Below are positions 50,181-59,521 of a stretch of 64,000 nucleotides of DNA, in pieces. The DNA is from an uncultured Gemmatimonadaceae bacterium (GTDB taxonomy: Bacteria; Gemmatimonadota; Gemmatimonadetes; Gemmatimonadales; Gemmatimonadaceae), in the NCBI GenBank assembly GCA_964560345.1, contig CAZLLP010000005.1, forward strand, positions 47,071 to 111,070. The letters are read 5' to 3'. Every line of letters begins with the position of its first letter. The stretch's first letter is position 1. Both the position numbers and the translations under genes were made by a program. Below the pieces are notes generated by a model, which was not told the origin of the DNA, made no database searches, and worked only from the letters and a program-made list of their open reading frames with translations.

Positions 50181-52265
50181 ATGTCCAACGTGGCGTTCGC
50201 CTTCGTCCTCACGCTGGCGCTGGCCTTCTTCTCGTATAACGCACAGCGGCTCGTCCGCTACCTGCGCATCGGGAACGGCGACTTCCGGCTCAACGACATC
50301 CCACGCCGCGTCTGGAACCTGTTCACGATCGGCATCGCGCAGACCAAGATCCTGCGCGATCCATCGGCTGGCCCGGTCCACGCGCTCGTCTTCTGGGGCT
50401 TTCTCGTCCTGCAGGTGGGGGCGCTGGAGATCATCCTGCACGGGTTGATTCCCGGCTTCAGCTACGCTGCGATCCTCCCCAAGCCGCTGCACTGGCTCTT
50501 CCTCGTCTCGCAGGAGCTGACGGCGGTGGCGGTGCTGGCGGCGGTGGCGTGGCTGCTCTATCGCCGCATCGTCGTGAAACCCAAGCGGCTGCAAGGCGAC
50601 GGCGTGCACTCGGGCGATGCGATCTTCATCCTCTCGGTGATTGGCGGGTTGATGGTCACGCTGATCATCACCGCGGCTGCTGAACGCGTGCTGGGGGCCG
50701 AGATCCCGATGATGGCGCAACCGGTGTCGGCGCCGCTGGCCGGGATGCTGGGGTGGATGTCGCCGGGAGCTGCAACCTTGGTGCGCAACACGAGCTGGTG
50801 GATCCACGCGTTGCTGATCCTCACCTTCCTCAACTACCTCCCGTACTCCAAGCACCTGCACGTCATCGTCTCGCTCCCCAACACCTTCCTCTCCAACACG
50901 AGCGGGCCGGGGACGGTGGGGGCGATGAAGCCGATGGACCTCGAGCAGGAGACGGAGGTCTTTGGCGCCGCCGACGTCACGCACCTGAGCTGGAAGAACC
51001 TGCTCGACGGCTACGCCTGCACCGAGTGCGGACGCTGCACGTCGGTCTGCCCCGCCAACCTCACCGGGAAGCTGCTGTCGCCGCGCAAGATCGTCGTCAA
51101 CACGCGGCAGCGCCTGCTCGAAGTCGCGCCGGCCATCGTCGGGGGCAACGACGTGTTCGGCATGCCGTTCATCGGCGCCGCCAGCACCGATGACGCCGCG
51201 CGCACCGCGCTGCTCGAGCACAAGCTCCTCGACAACTTCATCACCGAGGAAGAGCTGTGGGCGTGCACGTCGTGCCGCGCCTGCGTGTACGAGTGCCCGG
51301 TCTCGATCGACCAGCTCGAGATCATCAACGAGATGCGGCGCAACCTCGTCCTCACCGAGTCGCGCTTTCCCGAGGAGATCCTCCCGGCGTTCGAGTCGTT
51401 GGAGCGCAACGGCTCGCCGTGGGCGTTCCAGCCGTCGGAGCGTGAGAAGTGGGCCGAGGGGATGGACGTGCCGACGATGGCGGAGATGTGGGAGCGCGGC
51501 GAGCGCCCCGACATCCTCTTCTGGGTCGGCTGCATGGGATCGTTTGATGATCGCGCCAAGAAGACGACGGTCGCCTTTGCCCGCATCCTGCAGGCGGCGG
51601 GGATCAAGTTCGCCATCCTCGGGCAGGAAGAGAGCTGCAACGGCGACCCCGCGCGCCGCATGGGGAACGAGTACCTCTACCAGATGCTGGCCAAGCAGGC
51701 GATAGAGACGCTCGACCGCTACGAGGTCACCACGATCGTCACGTCGTGTCCGCACTGCTTCCACCAGATCGGGAACGAGTTCCCGCAGCTCGGCGGCAAC
51801 TACGAGGTGATTCACCACTCGACCTACATCGAGCGCCTGTTGGCCGACGAGATGGTCCCGCTCAAGCACGACGACGGGCAGAAGCTGGTGATGGCGTATC
51901 ACGACTCGTGCTACCTTGGGCGCTACAACGAGGTCTACGACGCTCCGCGCGAGGCGCTCAAGCGCGCGCTGCCGGTGGTGACGCTGGTCGAGGCGCCGCG
52001 TTCACGCGACAAGGGGCTGTGCTGCGGTGCCGGCGGTGGGCGCATGTGGATGGAAGAGCGCGTGGGGCAGCGCATCAACGTCGAGCGCAAGCAGGAACTG
52101 CTGGCGACCGGCGCCGACGCGGTGGCGGTCGCCTGTCCCTTCTGCATGACGATGCTCAACGATGCCGGGGCCAAGCTCGAGAGCACGGTGCCGGTGTATG
52201 ACATCGCGGAAGTCGTCGCCGCACGCATCGAGACTGGAGACGGGAGACGGGAGACGGGAGAATAG
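50181..52265 (+). CDS. membrane-bound (Fe-S) oxidoreductase, HdrD/GlpC-like with N-terminal multi-TM domain (EtfD-like)
   Basis: About 6 TM helices, then two 4Fe-4S motifs (CTECGRCTSVCP, CTSCRACVYECP) and two CCG-type Cys-rich domains. Directly follows etfBA. The last 11 codons come from a heptamer repeat array. Confidence 0.8.
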   Translation: MSNVAFAFVLTLALAFFSYNAQRLVRYLRIGNGDFRLNDIPRRVWNLFTIGIAQTKILRDPSAGPVHALVFWGFLVLQVGALEIILHGLIPGFSYAAILPKPLHWLFLVSQELTAVAVLAAVAWLLYRRIVVKPKRLQGDGVHSGDAIFILSVIGGLMVTLIITAAAERVLGAEIPMMAQPVSAPLAGMLGWMSPGAATLVRNTSWWIHALLILTFLNYLPYSKHLHVIVSLPNTFLSNTSGPGTVGAMKPMDLEQETEVFGAADVTHLSWKNLLDGYACTECGRCTSVCPANLTGKLLSPRKIVVNTRQRLLEVAPAIVGGNDVFGMPFIGAASTDDAARTALLEHKLLDNFITEEELWACTSCRACVYECPVSIDQLEIINEMRRNLVLTESRFPEEILPAFESLERNGSPWAFQPSEREKWAEGMDVPTMAEMWERGERPDILFWVGCMGSFDDRAKKTTVAFARILQAAGIKFAILGQEESCNGDPARRMGNEYLYQMLAKQAIETLDRYEVTTIVTSCPHCFHQIGNEFPQLGGNYEVIHHSTYIERLLADEMVPLKHDDGQKLVMAYHDSCYLGRYNEVYDAPREALKRALPVVTLVEAPRSRDKGLCCGAGGGRMWMEERVGQRINVERKQELLATGADAVAVACPFCMTMLNDAGAKLESTVPVYDIAEVVAARIETGDGRRETGE
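52230..52262. repeat. GAGACGG heptamer array forming the 3' end of the EtfD-like CDS
   Basis: GAGACTG GAGACGG GAGACGG GAGACGG GAGAA. It encodes ...ETGDGRRETGE-stop and ends 7 nt before the next ATG. Confidence 0.8.
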
Positions 52266-52268
52266 GCG

Positions 52269-52769
52269 ATGGTGCGGAAGCGATGGACGGCGGTCGGGCT
52301 CGTGTTTCTGCTCCTTGGTGCCTGCGGGGGCGAACAATTGCCTAACGCGGACAGTGTCATCGCGGCCGAACAGGCGCCAGCGCCGGCGGCGGCTGCCGAC
52401 TCCACGATGGGTGCGCCGACGGCGGGGGAGACCAATACGCTGCCGAAGTCGTCGCCGTCCGCGGCGGGGGAGTATCGCCTGGCGGGGAACGAGCCGTTCT
52501 GGTCGGTGCGCATCACGGCCAAGGGGCTCACCTACACGACCCCCGACTACCAGAAGGGGATCCTCTTTCCCGCCACCGCCCCCGAGGCCAGCGGGACGAC
52601 GCTGCGATGGGTCGCGCTCACCCCGCCCCCCGAGGCGCACACGCTCGAGGTGACGCTGGAAGACGCCAAGTGCCAGGACTCGATGGCCGACAAGACCTGG
52701 ACGCATCGCGCCACCGTCACCTTCGACGGGACCAGACTTTCCGGGTGCGGCGAGCGCCTGACGAAGTAG
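52269..52769 (+). CDS. hypothetical lipoprotein (COG3650-like)
   Basis: Lipobox LLLGAC, then a GNEPFWSV...C.D........F.G....GCG pattern. Confidence 0.55.
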   Translation: MVRKRWTAVGLVFLLLGACGGEQLPNADSVIAAEQAPAPAAAADSTMGAPTAGETNTLPKSSPSAAGEYRLAGNEPFWSVRITAKGLTYTTPDYQKGILFPATAPEASGTTLRWVALTPPPEAHTLEVTLEDAKCQDSMADKTWTHRATVTFDGTRLSGCGERLTK

Positions 52770-52797
52770 CGGTGCGCGCCTGACGAAGTCGGGGTGC
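52754..52797. repeat. 22-bp tandem duplication (2 copies plus a degenerate third)
   Basis: GCGCCTGACGAAGTAGCGGTGC (52754-52775) and GCGCCTGACGAAGTCGGGGTGC (52776-52797), followed by GCGCCTAACGCACG... It spans the stop of the lipoprotein gene. Confidence 0.8.
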
Positions 52798-52801
52798 GCG
52801 C

Positions 52802-53470
52802 CTAACGCACGCGCAGGACGTGCAACTGGATGTCGTGCTTCTGGGCCCCTTCGGCAAAGGGCGACGTCCAGTGCTCGGTGAGCGCCAGGCCCCCCTCCTC
52901 GGCGGCCAGCAGGAACGATTCCAGTGACAGGCGCCCCGGGTCGGCGATCAGCGCGTAGCCGTCGTCGCGCACGGTGGCGATCACGGCGTCGGCCACCAGT
53001 TCGCCGTGCGTGTGCTCGTACAGCACGTCCGAGGCGACCACCACGTGGAAGCGCCCCAGGTCACGCGGCATGTCGCGCCAGTCGACCATGCGCGTGGACG
53101 GATATTGCCCCGTGTTGCGTGCGACGTTGACGCGCGTGAACTCGAGTGCGTCGGGGTAGTAGTCCGTGGCTGTGACCTTGTAGCCGGCGGCGGCGAGCGC
53201 GCAGGCCACCAGCCCGCTGCCACACCCCAGCTCCAGCGCGCGCCGTCCATCACCCTTGTGACGCACCACGTGCTCGGCGAGCACCTTGGCCGAGGGCCAG
53301 ACGTCGGCCCAGTACGGAAGGCGTTCGTCCTTGAGGTAGTCGGCTTCGCTGATGAGCGTGTCGGCGTTGCGCGGGTGGGCGAGGACAAAGGTGCGCTTGC
53401 CGCATGCGACCTCCGTCTCCGTCACGTCGAAGCGTGCACGGAGACCCTCCAACTCTTCTTCCCACGTCAC
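52802..53470 (-). CDS. class I SAM-dependent methyltransferase
   Basis: Motif I LELGCGSGLVA, a post-I acidic residue (TATDYY) and DVLY. The GTG start overlaps the moeA stop (GTGA). Confidence 0.75.
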   Translation of the reverse strand: MTWEEELEGLRARFDVTETEVACGKRTFVLAHPRNADTLISEADYLKDERLPYWADVWPSAKVLAEHVVRHKGDGRRALELGCGSGLVACALAAAGYKVTATDYYPDALEFTRVNVARNTGQYPSTRMVDWRDMPRDLGRFHVVVASDVLYEHTHGELVADAVIATVRDDGYALIADPGRLSLESFLLAAEEGGLALTEHWTSPFAEGAQKHDIQLHVLRVR

Positions 53471-54717
53471 AGCGCGAAGACCTCGGACAGGGAGGCGTCG
53501 TCCGAGACGAGGAGCGCGTGCACCACCTCGCCGGCTTCGCAGCGCGGCCGTTCCTCGGGGACGATCAGCAGCGCGTTGGCGCGTGCCATCGAGGTCAGGA
53601 TCCCCGAGCCCTGCGGGCCGGTGAGCCGCGCGTGCATGCGTCCGTCGTCGCCGGCGCGCACGATGCCGCGCAGGAAGTGCGTGAGGCGCGCGCCGATGCT
53701 CACCGGTTCGTCGAGGATGACCGGGACCGGGTGACGAAAGAGGCGCGCGTGTCCTTGCAGCCGGCGGAGCACGGGGCGCACGAACAGTTCGAACGTCACC
53801 ATCACCGAGACGGGGTTACCGGGGAGCCCCACCCACGGCGTGCCGTGCAGCGTCCCGAAGCCGATGGGGGCGCCGGGGCGCATGCGCACCTTCCAGAAAT
53901 CGAGGCGAGCCCCTAACGAGGCGAGCACCTCGCGCGTGTAGTCGAAGGCCCCCACCGACGCCCCCGCCGACGTGATGATGAGGTCGACCCCCCTGGCCTG
54001 TTCGAGCAGCGCGCGCAGCGATTCGGGCGTGTCGGAGGCGTTCCCCAGCAGGAGCGGAATGCCACCGTTGCTCCTGACGAGCGCACTCAGGGTGTACGAG
54101 TTGGAGGTGACGATCTTGCGCCCGGCCAGCACCTCGTGGAACCGGTCGAGGTCCACCAGTTCGTCGCCCGACCCGAGGATCGCGACCACCGGGCGCCGAT
54201 AGACATCGACCGAGGGGAGCCCGAGCGAGGCGAGGACGCCGACCTGCGCCGGGGCGATCGGTGTCCCGGCCGGGATCACGACGTCGTCGGCGACAAAGTC
54301 CTCCCCACGCGGACGGATGTTCTTGCGCAGGTCGCGCGCGTCGCGGATGGCGACGACCTCGAGTCCCCCGTCGGTATCCTCCACGCGCACCACGGTATCG
54401 GCGCCGTCGGGGAGCGGCGCGCCGGTCATGATGCGCGTGCAGATCCCTTCGCGCACCGGGAGGGTGGGAAACTCCCCGGCTGCCACCGTCTCCTGCACCG
54501 TCAGGCGCACTGGCGATTCGGCGGTTGCCCCGGCGAGGTCGGTGCCACGCACGGCATACCCGTCCATGGCCGAGTTGTCCCAGTGGGGGAGCGTGTAGCT
54601 GGCGACCGCATCGCGGGCGAGGACGCGTCCCACCGCCTCGAGCAGCGGGACGCGTTCGGGGGCGAGCGCGGCAATGTTGGCCAGGCTGCGGGCGCTCGCC
54701 TCGGCGACAGTGAGCAT
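53467..54717 (-). CDS. moeA: molybdopterin molybdenumtransferase MoeA
   Basis: 416 aa with the MoeA domain pattern (SAMDGYAV, TGAPLP.GADTVV, SGDEL, ITSGG-like TSAGASVG, GLPGNPVS). Confidence 0.9.
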   Translation of the reverse strand: MLTVAEASARSLANIAALAPERVPLLEAVGRVLARDAVASYTLPHWDNSAMDGYAVRGTDLAGATAESPVRLTVQETVAAGEFPTLPVREGICTRIMTGAPLPDGADTVVRVEDTDGGLEVVAIRDARDLRKNIRPRGEDFVADDVVIPAGTPIAPAQVGVLASLGLPSVDVYRRPVVAILGSGDELVDLDRFHEVLAGRKIVTSNSYTLSALVRSNGGIPLLLGNASDTPESLRALLEQARGVDLIITSAGASVGAFDYTREVLASLGARLDFWKVRMRPGAPIGFGTLHGTPWVGLPGNPVSVMVTFELFVRPVLRRLQGHARLFRHPVPVILDEPVSIGARLTHFLRGIVRAGDDGRMHARLTGPQGSGILTSMARANALLIVPEERPRCEAGEVVHALLVSDDASLSEVFAL

Positions 54718-56258
54718 CAGCGCGTCCCTCCCGCCAGGCGCATCCCCGCCAGCTGCACCGCCAGCGTGTCCTGCACGCGCTCGATCTCGCGCGTGGGGAC
54801 CGTAAAGTGGTTGGAGAGGACGCTGAACAGGAGGAGGCGGCCGTCGGCCGTGGTGACGTAGCCGGAGAGCGACCGCACCATGTCGAGCGTCCCGGTCTTG
54901 GCGTGCACGTTGCCTTCTGCGACGGTCCCCTTCATCCGGTTGCGAATGGTGCCGTCGATGCCCGCGATGGGGAGGGCGTCGTAGAAGATCTTGAAGTCGG
55001 GCGACTGCCGCATGGCGTCGAGGACGCGGATGATGGTCTCGGGGGTGATGACGTCATGCCGCGAGAGCCCGCTGCCATCGCGCACGACGAAGCCGTCCGG
55101 GGCCGCCCCCCAGGCGAGCACCTGATCGCGCACCACTCGCGCCCCGCTGTCGGCACTGCCGACGCCGGCCCGCGCCCTGCCTAACGTCCGCAGCAGGATT
55201 TCGCCGATCTGGTTCTGCGACGGCTTCTCGAAGGCGGCGAGCACCTGCGAGAGCGGCGGCGACATCATCGAGAAGAGCGGATAGGTCGAGGCGCCGCGCC
55301 ACATCGACAATCCGCCGTCAATCGCGATCCCGCGCGCGGACAATGCTTCGTGCAGCGCGAGGAGATAGGCGCGCGCCGGGTCGCGGTGCGTGATCTCCAC
55401 CACCGCCGAGTCGCCAGCCGCAATGGTGCCGTCGATGATGACGGTGGCGGCGTCGGTGGAGTCCTGCCGGATGGTGAGCGTCCGCGGGCGCCGCACGTTG
55501 GCGCCGGAGACCGGGAGCGGCGCGACCGTCTGCGCCCACACGCGCACGCGCGGGACCGACTGGGCGGGGGCGGTGCGCGCGGTCGGCACGTCGCCCGCGC
55601 TGGCCCCGCCACGCACGATCACGCGCGAGAAGCCCTCGTTGAAGTACAACTCGTCGACGCCGGCGGAGTAGGCAAAGTCGAGGTCGTCGTACGACCAGCC
55701 GAAGCCTAACGTGGCATCGGGAAAGGCATCCGCCCCTGGAACCAGCGCTCCGGTGACTCGCGTCACGCCGCGCGCCGCGAGCGAATCGGCCATGGCCCGC
55801 AGCGGTGCCATGGCATCCCTGGCCATGTGGTCGCTGATGCTCGGGTCGCCGGTTCCGCTCACCACCAGGTCGCCGCGCAGCTCGTTCCCCACGATGGGGC
55901 CGGTCGCTGCCACCGTGGTGCTGAACCGGAAACCGGTCCCCAGCAGGTGCAAGGCCACCGCCCCGGTGAGGATCTTCTGGTTGGAGGCAGGGATGAAGAG
56001 CTTCCCGGCGTTGTGCGAGACCAGGGTGTCACCGGAGATCGGGTCGACCACGAGGATCCCTAACTGCGCGCTGCGAAACTTGGCATCCGCGACCATCGAG
56101 TCGACGGTGCGCCGGACGGCGGCCACCGCCGGCGAGACCCGTGGCGCCGGTGGTGTGGCGGCGCGACCCGGCGCGCACGCCGCGACGGCGAGCGACCCGG
56201 AGAGGACGGCGGCAAGTGCAGCCGGCGTGACGCGTGGCGATGCGAAGTGACGGAGCAT
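54717..56258 (-). CDS. dacB: D-alanyl-D-alanine carboxypeptidase/endopeptidase (PBP4, peptidase S13)
   Basis: Signal peptide, SxxK as PASNQK, SGN-like and KTG (HAKTGTL) motifs. The stop overlaps the moeA start (ATGA at 54717). Confidence 0.85.
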   Translation of the reverse strand: MLRHFASPRVTPAALAAVLSGSLAVAACAPGRAATPPAPRVSPAVAAVRRTVDSMVADAKFRSAQLGILVVDPISGDTLVSHNAGKLFIPASNQKILTGAVALHLLGTGFRFSTTVAATGPIVGNELRGDLVVSGTGDPSISDHMARDAMAPLRAMADSLAARGVTRVTGALVPGADAFPDATLGFGWSYDDLDFAYSAGVDELYFNEGFSRVIVRGGASAGDVPTARTAPAQSVPRVRVWAQTVAPLPVSGANVRRPRTLTIRQDSTDAATVIIDGTIAAGDSAVVEITHRDPARAYLLALHEALSARGIAIDGGLSMWRGASTYPLFSMMSPPLSQVLAAFEKPSQNQIGEILLRTLGRARAGVGSADSGARVVRDQVLAWGAAPDGFVVRDGSGLSRHDVITPETIIRVLDAMRQSPDFKIFYDALPIAGIDGTIRNRMKGTVAEGNVHAKTGTLDMVRSLSGYVTTADGRLLLFSVLSNHFTVPTREIERVQDTLAVQLAGMRLAGGTR

Positions 56259-56383
56259 GCGAGAAAGGAAGCGGGCCGTGCGGGCGGACAGGCATGTTGC
56301 GCGTCGCTGGCGCGCGCCCCGCACATTATCGCCGCGTCATGGCCCGCGCGAGCCGTCCCGCAGCATGCGCGGCACCGGTCCTG

Positions 56384-56911
56384 CTAGCGCGGCTGCGCGG
56401 CGGCCCACTCCTGCACGAACGTCGCGAGGGCGTCGAGCCAGTCGTCTCGCCCGAGGTCAAAGGCACGTACCGCTCCGACGGTCGCAGGGGCGTCGGTCAC
56501 GACCGCCAGCAACGTCGCGGCATCTATCAACCCGTCCTCCACCAACGAGCGCGAGTGCGCGGCGCGGCGCACCACCTCGAGCTTGGGCAACGCCGACGCC
56601 TTGAATCCCTCGCACAGCACCAGGTCGGCGTCGCGCATGTGACGCTCGGCGACCTCCTGCGGCGTCAGTTCCTCGCTCATGCGCGCCACCAGGGCAAACC
56701 GATCGGGGGCGATCATCGCCACGCGCTCGGCTTCCCCCTCGTGAAAGTGGCGGTACGTGTCGGTGTTGGACGGATCGAGATTGAAGGTGTGCGTCCCATG
56801 CTTGATGGTCATCACCCGCACGCCGCGTCGCCGCAACTCGGCCGACAGGCGCACGACGAGCGTGGTCTTCCCCGAATGCTTGCGGCCGACGACCGAAAGA
56901 AGTGGCGGCAT
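56384..56911 (-). CDS. mobB: molybdopterin-guanine dinucleotide biosynthesis adapter protein MobB
   Basis: 175 aa with the P-loop VVGRKHSGKTTL and the MobB pattern IKH...D....D. Confidence 0.85.
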   Translation of the reverse strand: MPPLLSVVGRKHSGKTTLVVRLSAELRRRGVRVMTIKHGTHTFNLDPSNTDTYRHFHEGEAERVAMIAPDRFALVARMSEELTPQEVAERHMRDADLVLCEGFKASALPKLEVVRRAAHSRSLVEDGLIDAATLLAVVTDAPATVGAVRAFDLGRDDWLDALATFVQEWAAAQPR

Positions 56912-56914
56912 GGT

Positions 56915-57556
56915 CTAGGACGAGGTGTCGAACGGCATGGCGAGGGAGCCGGACGCGAGCGACTCGGCGACGCGCTCGGCCTGTGCGCGCTCTTCCGGAG
57001 TATTCACGTTCAGGAACAACACCGAGGGATCGCCAAAGGTCGCAACCTGCTCGGCGCCGAGTCGCGCCACGCGCACCGCATCGAAGAAGGCGATCACGCG
57101 GCGGTCTCCGCGATCGAGCGCCGCCGTGATGGCGTCGAGGCAGGGCGGGGCATACCAGGCGCACATCGGCTCCAGCCCGCGCTTGCTCCCGCTCTCCGGG
57201 AGCGCGGCGTCAACGCCCGATTCGCCTAACGCGCGCAGCCGGGCGAGCAGCGCGGGGCTCACGAACGGCATGTCCCACGCGACAACCAGTGCGGCCCCGC
57301 CGGCGTGCGAGAGCGCGGCGTGCAGTCCGCCGAGGCTCCCTTGGCCCGCGCGGATGTCGCGCGCGACGCGAACGCCCGGGAGCCACTCCGAGGCGCGGTC
57401 GTCGTTGGCGATGAGGAGCAGGTCGTCAGTCACGGCGCGCAGCGCATCGGCCACACGGTCGATGATGCGACGTCCGCCGACCACTTCGAGCCCCTTGGGA
57501 TGCCCGCCGAACCGTGTCGCCCCCCCTCCGGCGAGGATCACTCCCGTGCAGGGCAT
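56915..57556 (-). CDS. mobA: molybdenum cofactor guanylyltransferase MobA
   Basis: ATG at 57556 inside track ORF 56915..58174. Carries ILAGGGATRFGG, the GSLGG and DMPF motifs. Confidence 0.85.
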   Translation of the reverse strand: MPCTGVILAGGGATRFGGHPKGLEVVGGRRIIDRVADALRAVTDDLLLIANDDRASEWLPGVRVARDIRAGQGSLGGLHAALSHAGGAALVVAWDMPFVSPALLARLRALGESGVDAALPESGSKRGLEPMCAWYAPPCLDAITAALDRGDRRVIAFFDAVRVARLGAEQVATFGDPSVLFLNVNTPEERAQAERVAESLASGSLAMPFDTSS

Positions 57557-57561
57557 CGCGC

Positions 57562-58323
57562 CTAACGCCCCGCCGTCGGCAGGTGCAACTGCGGCGCCCC
57601 GCTCACGGCGCGGGCAATGAGGAGCATGTCGGCGGCACGGGCAATCTCCACCGCAATCGTCGACGGCACCGAGGGGGTGGCGACGGCGGCAACCCCAGCG
57701 CGCGCCGCCTTGAACGCCAACTCCCCCGAGATGCGCCCGGTCACGAGCAGGATCAGGTTGGCCGGCGAACGCCCCGCTTGCAGCGCCGCGCCAAGGACCT
57801 TGTCCACCGCATTGTGCCGCCCGATGTCCTCGGCGTGATGAAAGAGCGAGGTGCCGTCGGTGAGCGCGGCGGCGTGAATCCCTCCCGTCTCCTTGTAGCG
57901 CGTGCCGAGGGCGAACAGCTCCTTGAAGACCGCCCGCAACCTGGGCGTGTCGACGTCCGGGACCGTCCCGGTGCGGCGCGGCACGTCGGCGAGGCTGCCC
58001 AGGAAGGCGGTGACAGACCCGCACCCCGAGGCGAGGATGCGCCGCCTCGACTGGCCTTCGACCGCTTGCACGCGCGCCGGGTCGATGTCCACCCAGAACC
58101 CCAACTCCTTCGTGCAGGGGCGCATGCGGGTGATGTCGGCGAGCGACTCGATGTATCCCTCGCCAAAGAGCCACCCGACCACGAGCTCATCGAGCGCATC
58201 CGGCGTACACATCCACGTGACGACCGGCACCCGGTTGAGCTCGAGCCAGACCGGCGACTCCTCGACCGCGTCGAGCGGAGTTGGAGCCGCGGGGGAGCCG
58301 GAAGGAGAGGAGGACTCGCTCAT
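57562..58323 (-). CDS. fdhD: formate dehydrogenase accessory sulfurtransferase FdhD
   Basis: ATG at 58323. The Cys loop SGCGS, the EDIGRHNAVDK motif and a C-terminal SGRISGEL-type region are present. Confidence 0.85.
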   Translation of the reverse strand: MSESSSPSGSPAAPTPLDAVEESPVWLELNRVPVVTWMCTPDALDELVVGWLFGEGYIESLADITRMRPCTKELGFWVDIDPARVQAVEGQSRRRILASGCGSVTAFLGSLADVPRRTGTVPDVDTPRLRAVFKELFALGTRYKETGGIHAAALTDGTSLFHHAEDIGRHNAVDKVLGAALQAGRSPANLILLVTGRISGELAFKAARAGVAAVATPSVPSTIAVEIARAADMLLIARAVSGAPQLHLPTAGR

Positions 58324-58361
58324 GCCCACAATCTGCGCACGCGCTCGCCCTCTCGCACGCC

Positions 58362-58817
58362 CTAGATCTCGCCTTCCCGTCTTCCCGTCTTCCCGTCCTC
58401 CCCCCGATAGGCAGACGAGAGCGTCGCGTCCTCCGCCACCCGGACCTCGACGACATCGACCGCGCTGCCTAACGCCGAGCGGAGCTGTCCAAAGATGAGC
58501 CGGGCGATGTTCTCCCCGGTGGGGATCTGCCGTCCCTCGGCGAACTCGGGGATGTCGAGATTGAGGTTGCGATGGTCGTAGCGCTCGCGCACCTCGCGGG
58601 CCAGCACACCGTCGAGCACCCCGAGGTCGACGATGAAACCGGTGAGCTCGTCGATCTCGCCGCCCACGGTCACATCGCAGACGTACGTGTGTCCGTGATA
58701 GTTGGGGCGGGCGCAGAGCCCGAACGTCGCCTCGTTGCGCGCGTCGTCCCACTCCGGGCGGCGGTAGCGGTGCGCCGCGGCGAACGTCACGCGGCGCGTG
58801 AGGTACGCCCGCGCCAC
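58362..58817 (-). CDS. queD: 6-carboxy-5,6,7,8-tetrahydropterin synthase QueD
   Basis: GTG at 58817. PTPS fold motifs are FAAAHRY, NYHGHTY and DHRNLN. The last ~14 residues (GEDGKTGRREGEI) are encoded by an octamer repeat array. Confidence 0.8.
   Translation of the reverse strand: MARAYLTRRVTFAAAHRYRRPEWDDARNEATFGLCARPNYHGHTYVCDVTVGGEIDELTGFIVDLGVLDGVLAREVRERYDHRNLNLDIPEFAEGRQIPTGENIARLIFGQLRSALGSAVDVVEVRVAEDATLSSAYRGEDGKTGRREGEI
58373..58396. repeat. 3 x CTTCCCGT octamer array forming the 3' end of queD (minus strand)
   Basis: Perfect tandem octamers at 58373-58396, followed by a degenerate CCTCCCCC. On the queD sense strand this reads GGGAAGAC repeats. Confidence 0.8.
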
Positions 58818-58818
58818 C

Positions 58819-59514
58819 CTAGCGGCCGAAGGTGTACGTGATCCCGGCGGTGAGGCCGAGGTTGCGCTTCCAGACGTTGCGCCCCGCCGTCGGGTCGAGC
58901 ACCGACGGGTCGGCGGTCGACTTGGTGAAGTACGAGTCGGGGTAGCGGATGCGGTAGAAGTAGTTGGCCGCATCGATGCGCCCCTGCCAGCGGCCCCCCG
59001 GGACGATCTTGATGGCCGGACGGAAGGCGAGCAGGAACGGATAGCCGAACCTGTAACCGCCCACGTCGGGGGAGTCGAAGCCCGCGCCGATCCCGAGCCC
59101 GCCACCTAACGACGGGACGATCCCGTGCCACGACTTGTAGCCCGTGAGGTTGAGCGCGAAACCGATGTCGGTGAGCAGCATCGTCACCGATTCCTTTCCG
59201 AGAAAACGCTCGGTGAGGAGCTTGGTCGGGTCGACCACCTGGCGCTCGGAGAGCACGATCGACGAGTTGGCGGTGAAGTACGCCGGCCCGGTGATGTGGA
59301 ACTCGTAGTGCGCCCCAAAGGTCGGGCCGCTCTGCGGCGCCACCTTGGCGGGGTCCTCCGACGCCTGGTATTGCCCGGCAAAGAAGGTCAGCTCCTGGCG
59401 ACGCGCCAGGTCGCGATACGGCGAGTTGCGCGGCGTGTGTCCCACCTGCGCCTCGGCAATCGCCGGCGCCAGCACGCACAACCCGAGGAGGGCGAACGAT
59501 CGAATCGTCATCAC
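58819..59514 (-). CDS. hypothetical outer-membrane beta-barrel protein
   Basis: Signal peptide (LGLCVLAPAIAEA), alternating hydrophobic beta-strand pattern, aromatic-rich C-terminus ...GITYTFGR. Confidence 0.55.
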   Translation of the reverse strand: MMTIRSFALLGLCVLAPAIAEAQVGHTPRNSPYRDLARRQELTFFAGQYQASEDPAKVAPQSGPTFGAHYEFHITGPAYFTANSSIVLSERQVVDPTKLLTERFLGKESVTMLLTDIGFALNLTGYKSWHGIVPSLGGGLGIGAGFDSPDVGGYRFGYPFLLAFRPAIKIVPGGRWQGRIDAANYFYRIRYPDSYFTKSTADPSVLDPTAGRNVWKRNLGLTAGITYTFGR

Positions 59515-59521
59515 GTCGCGG

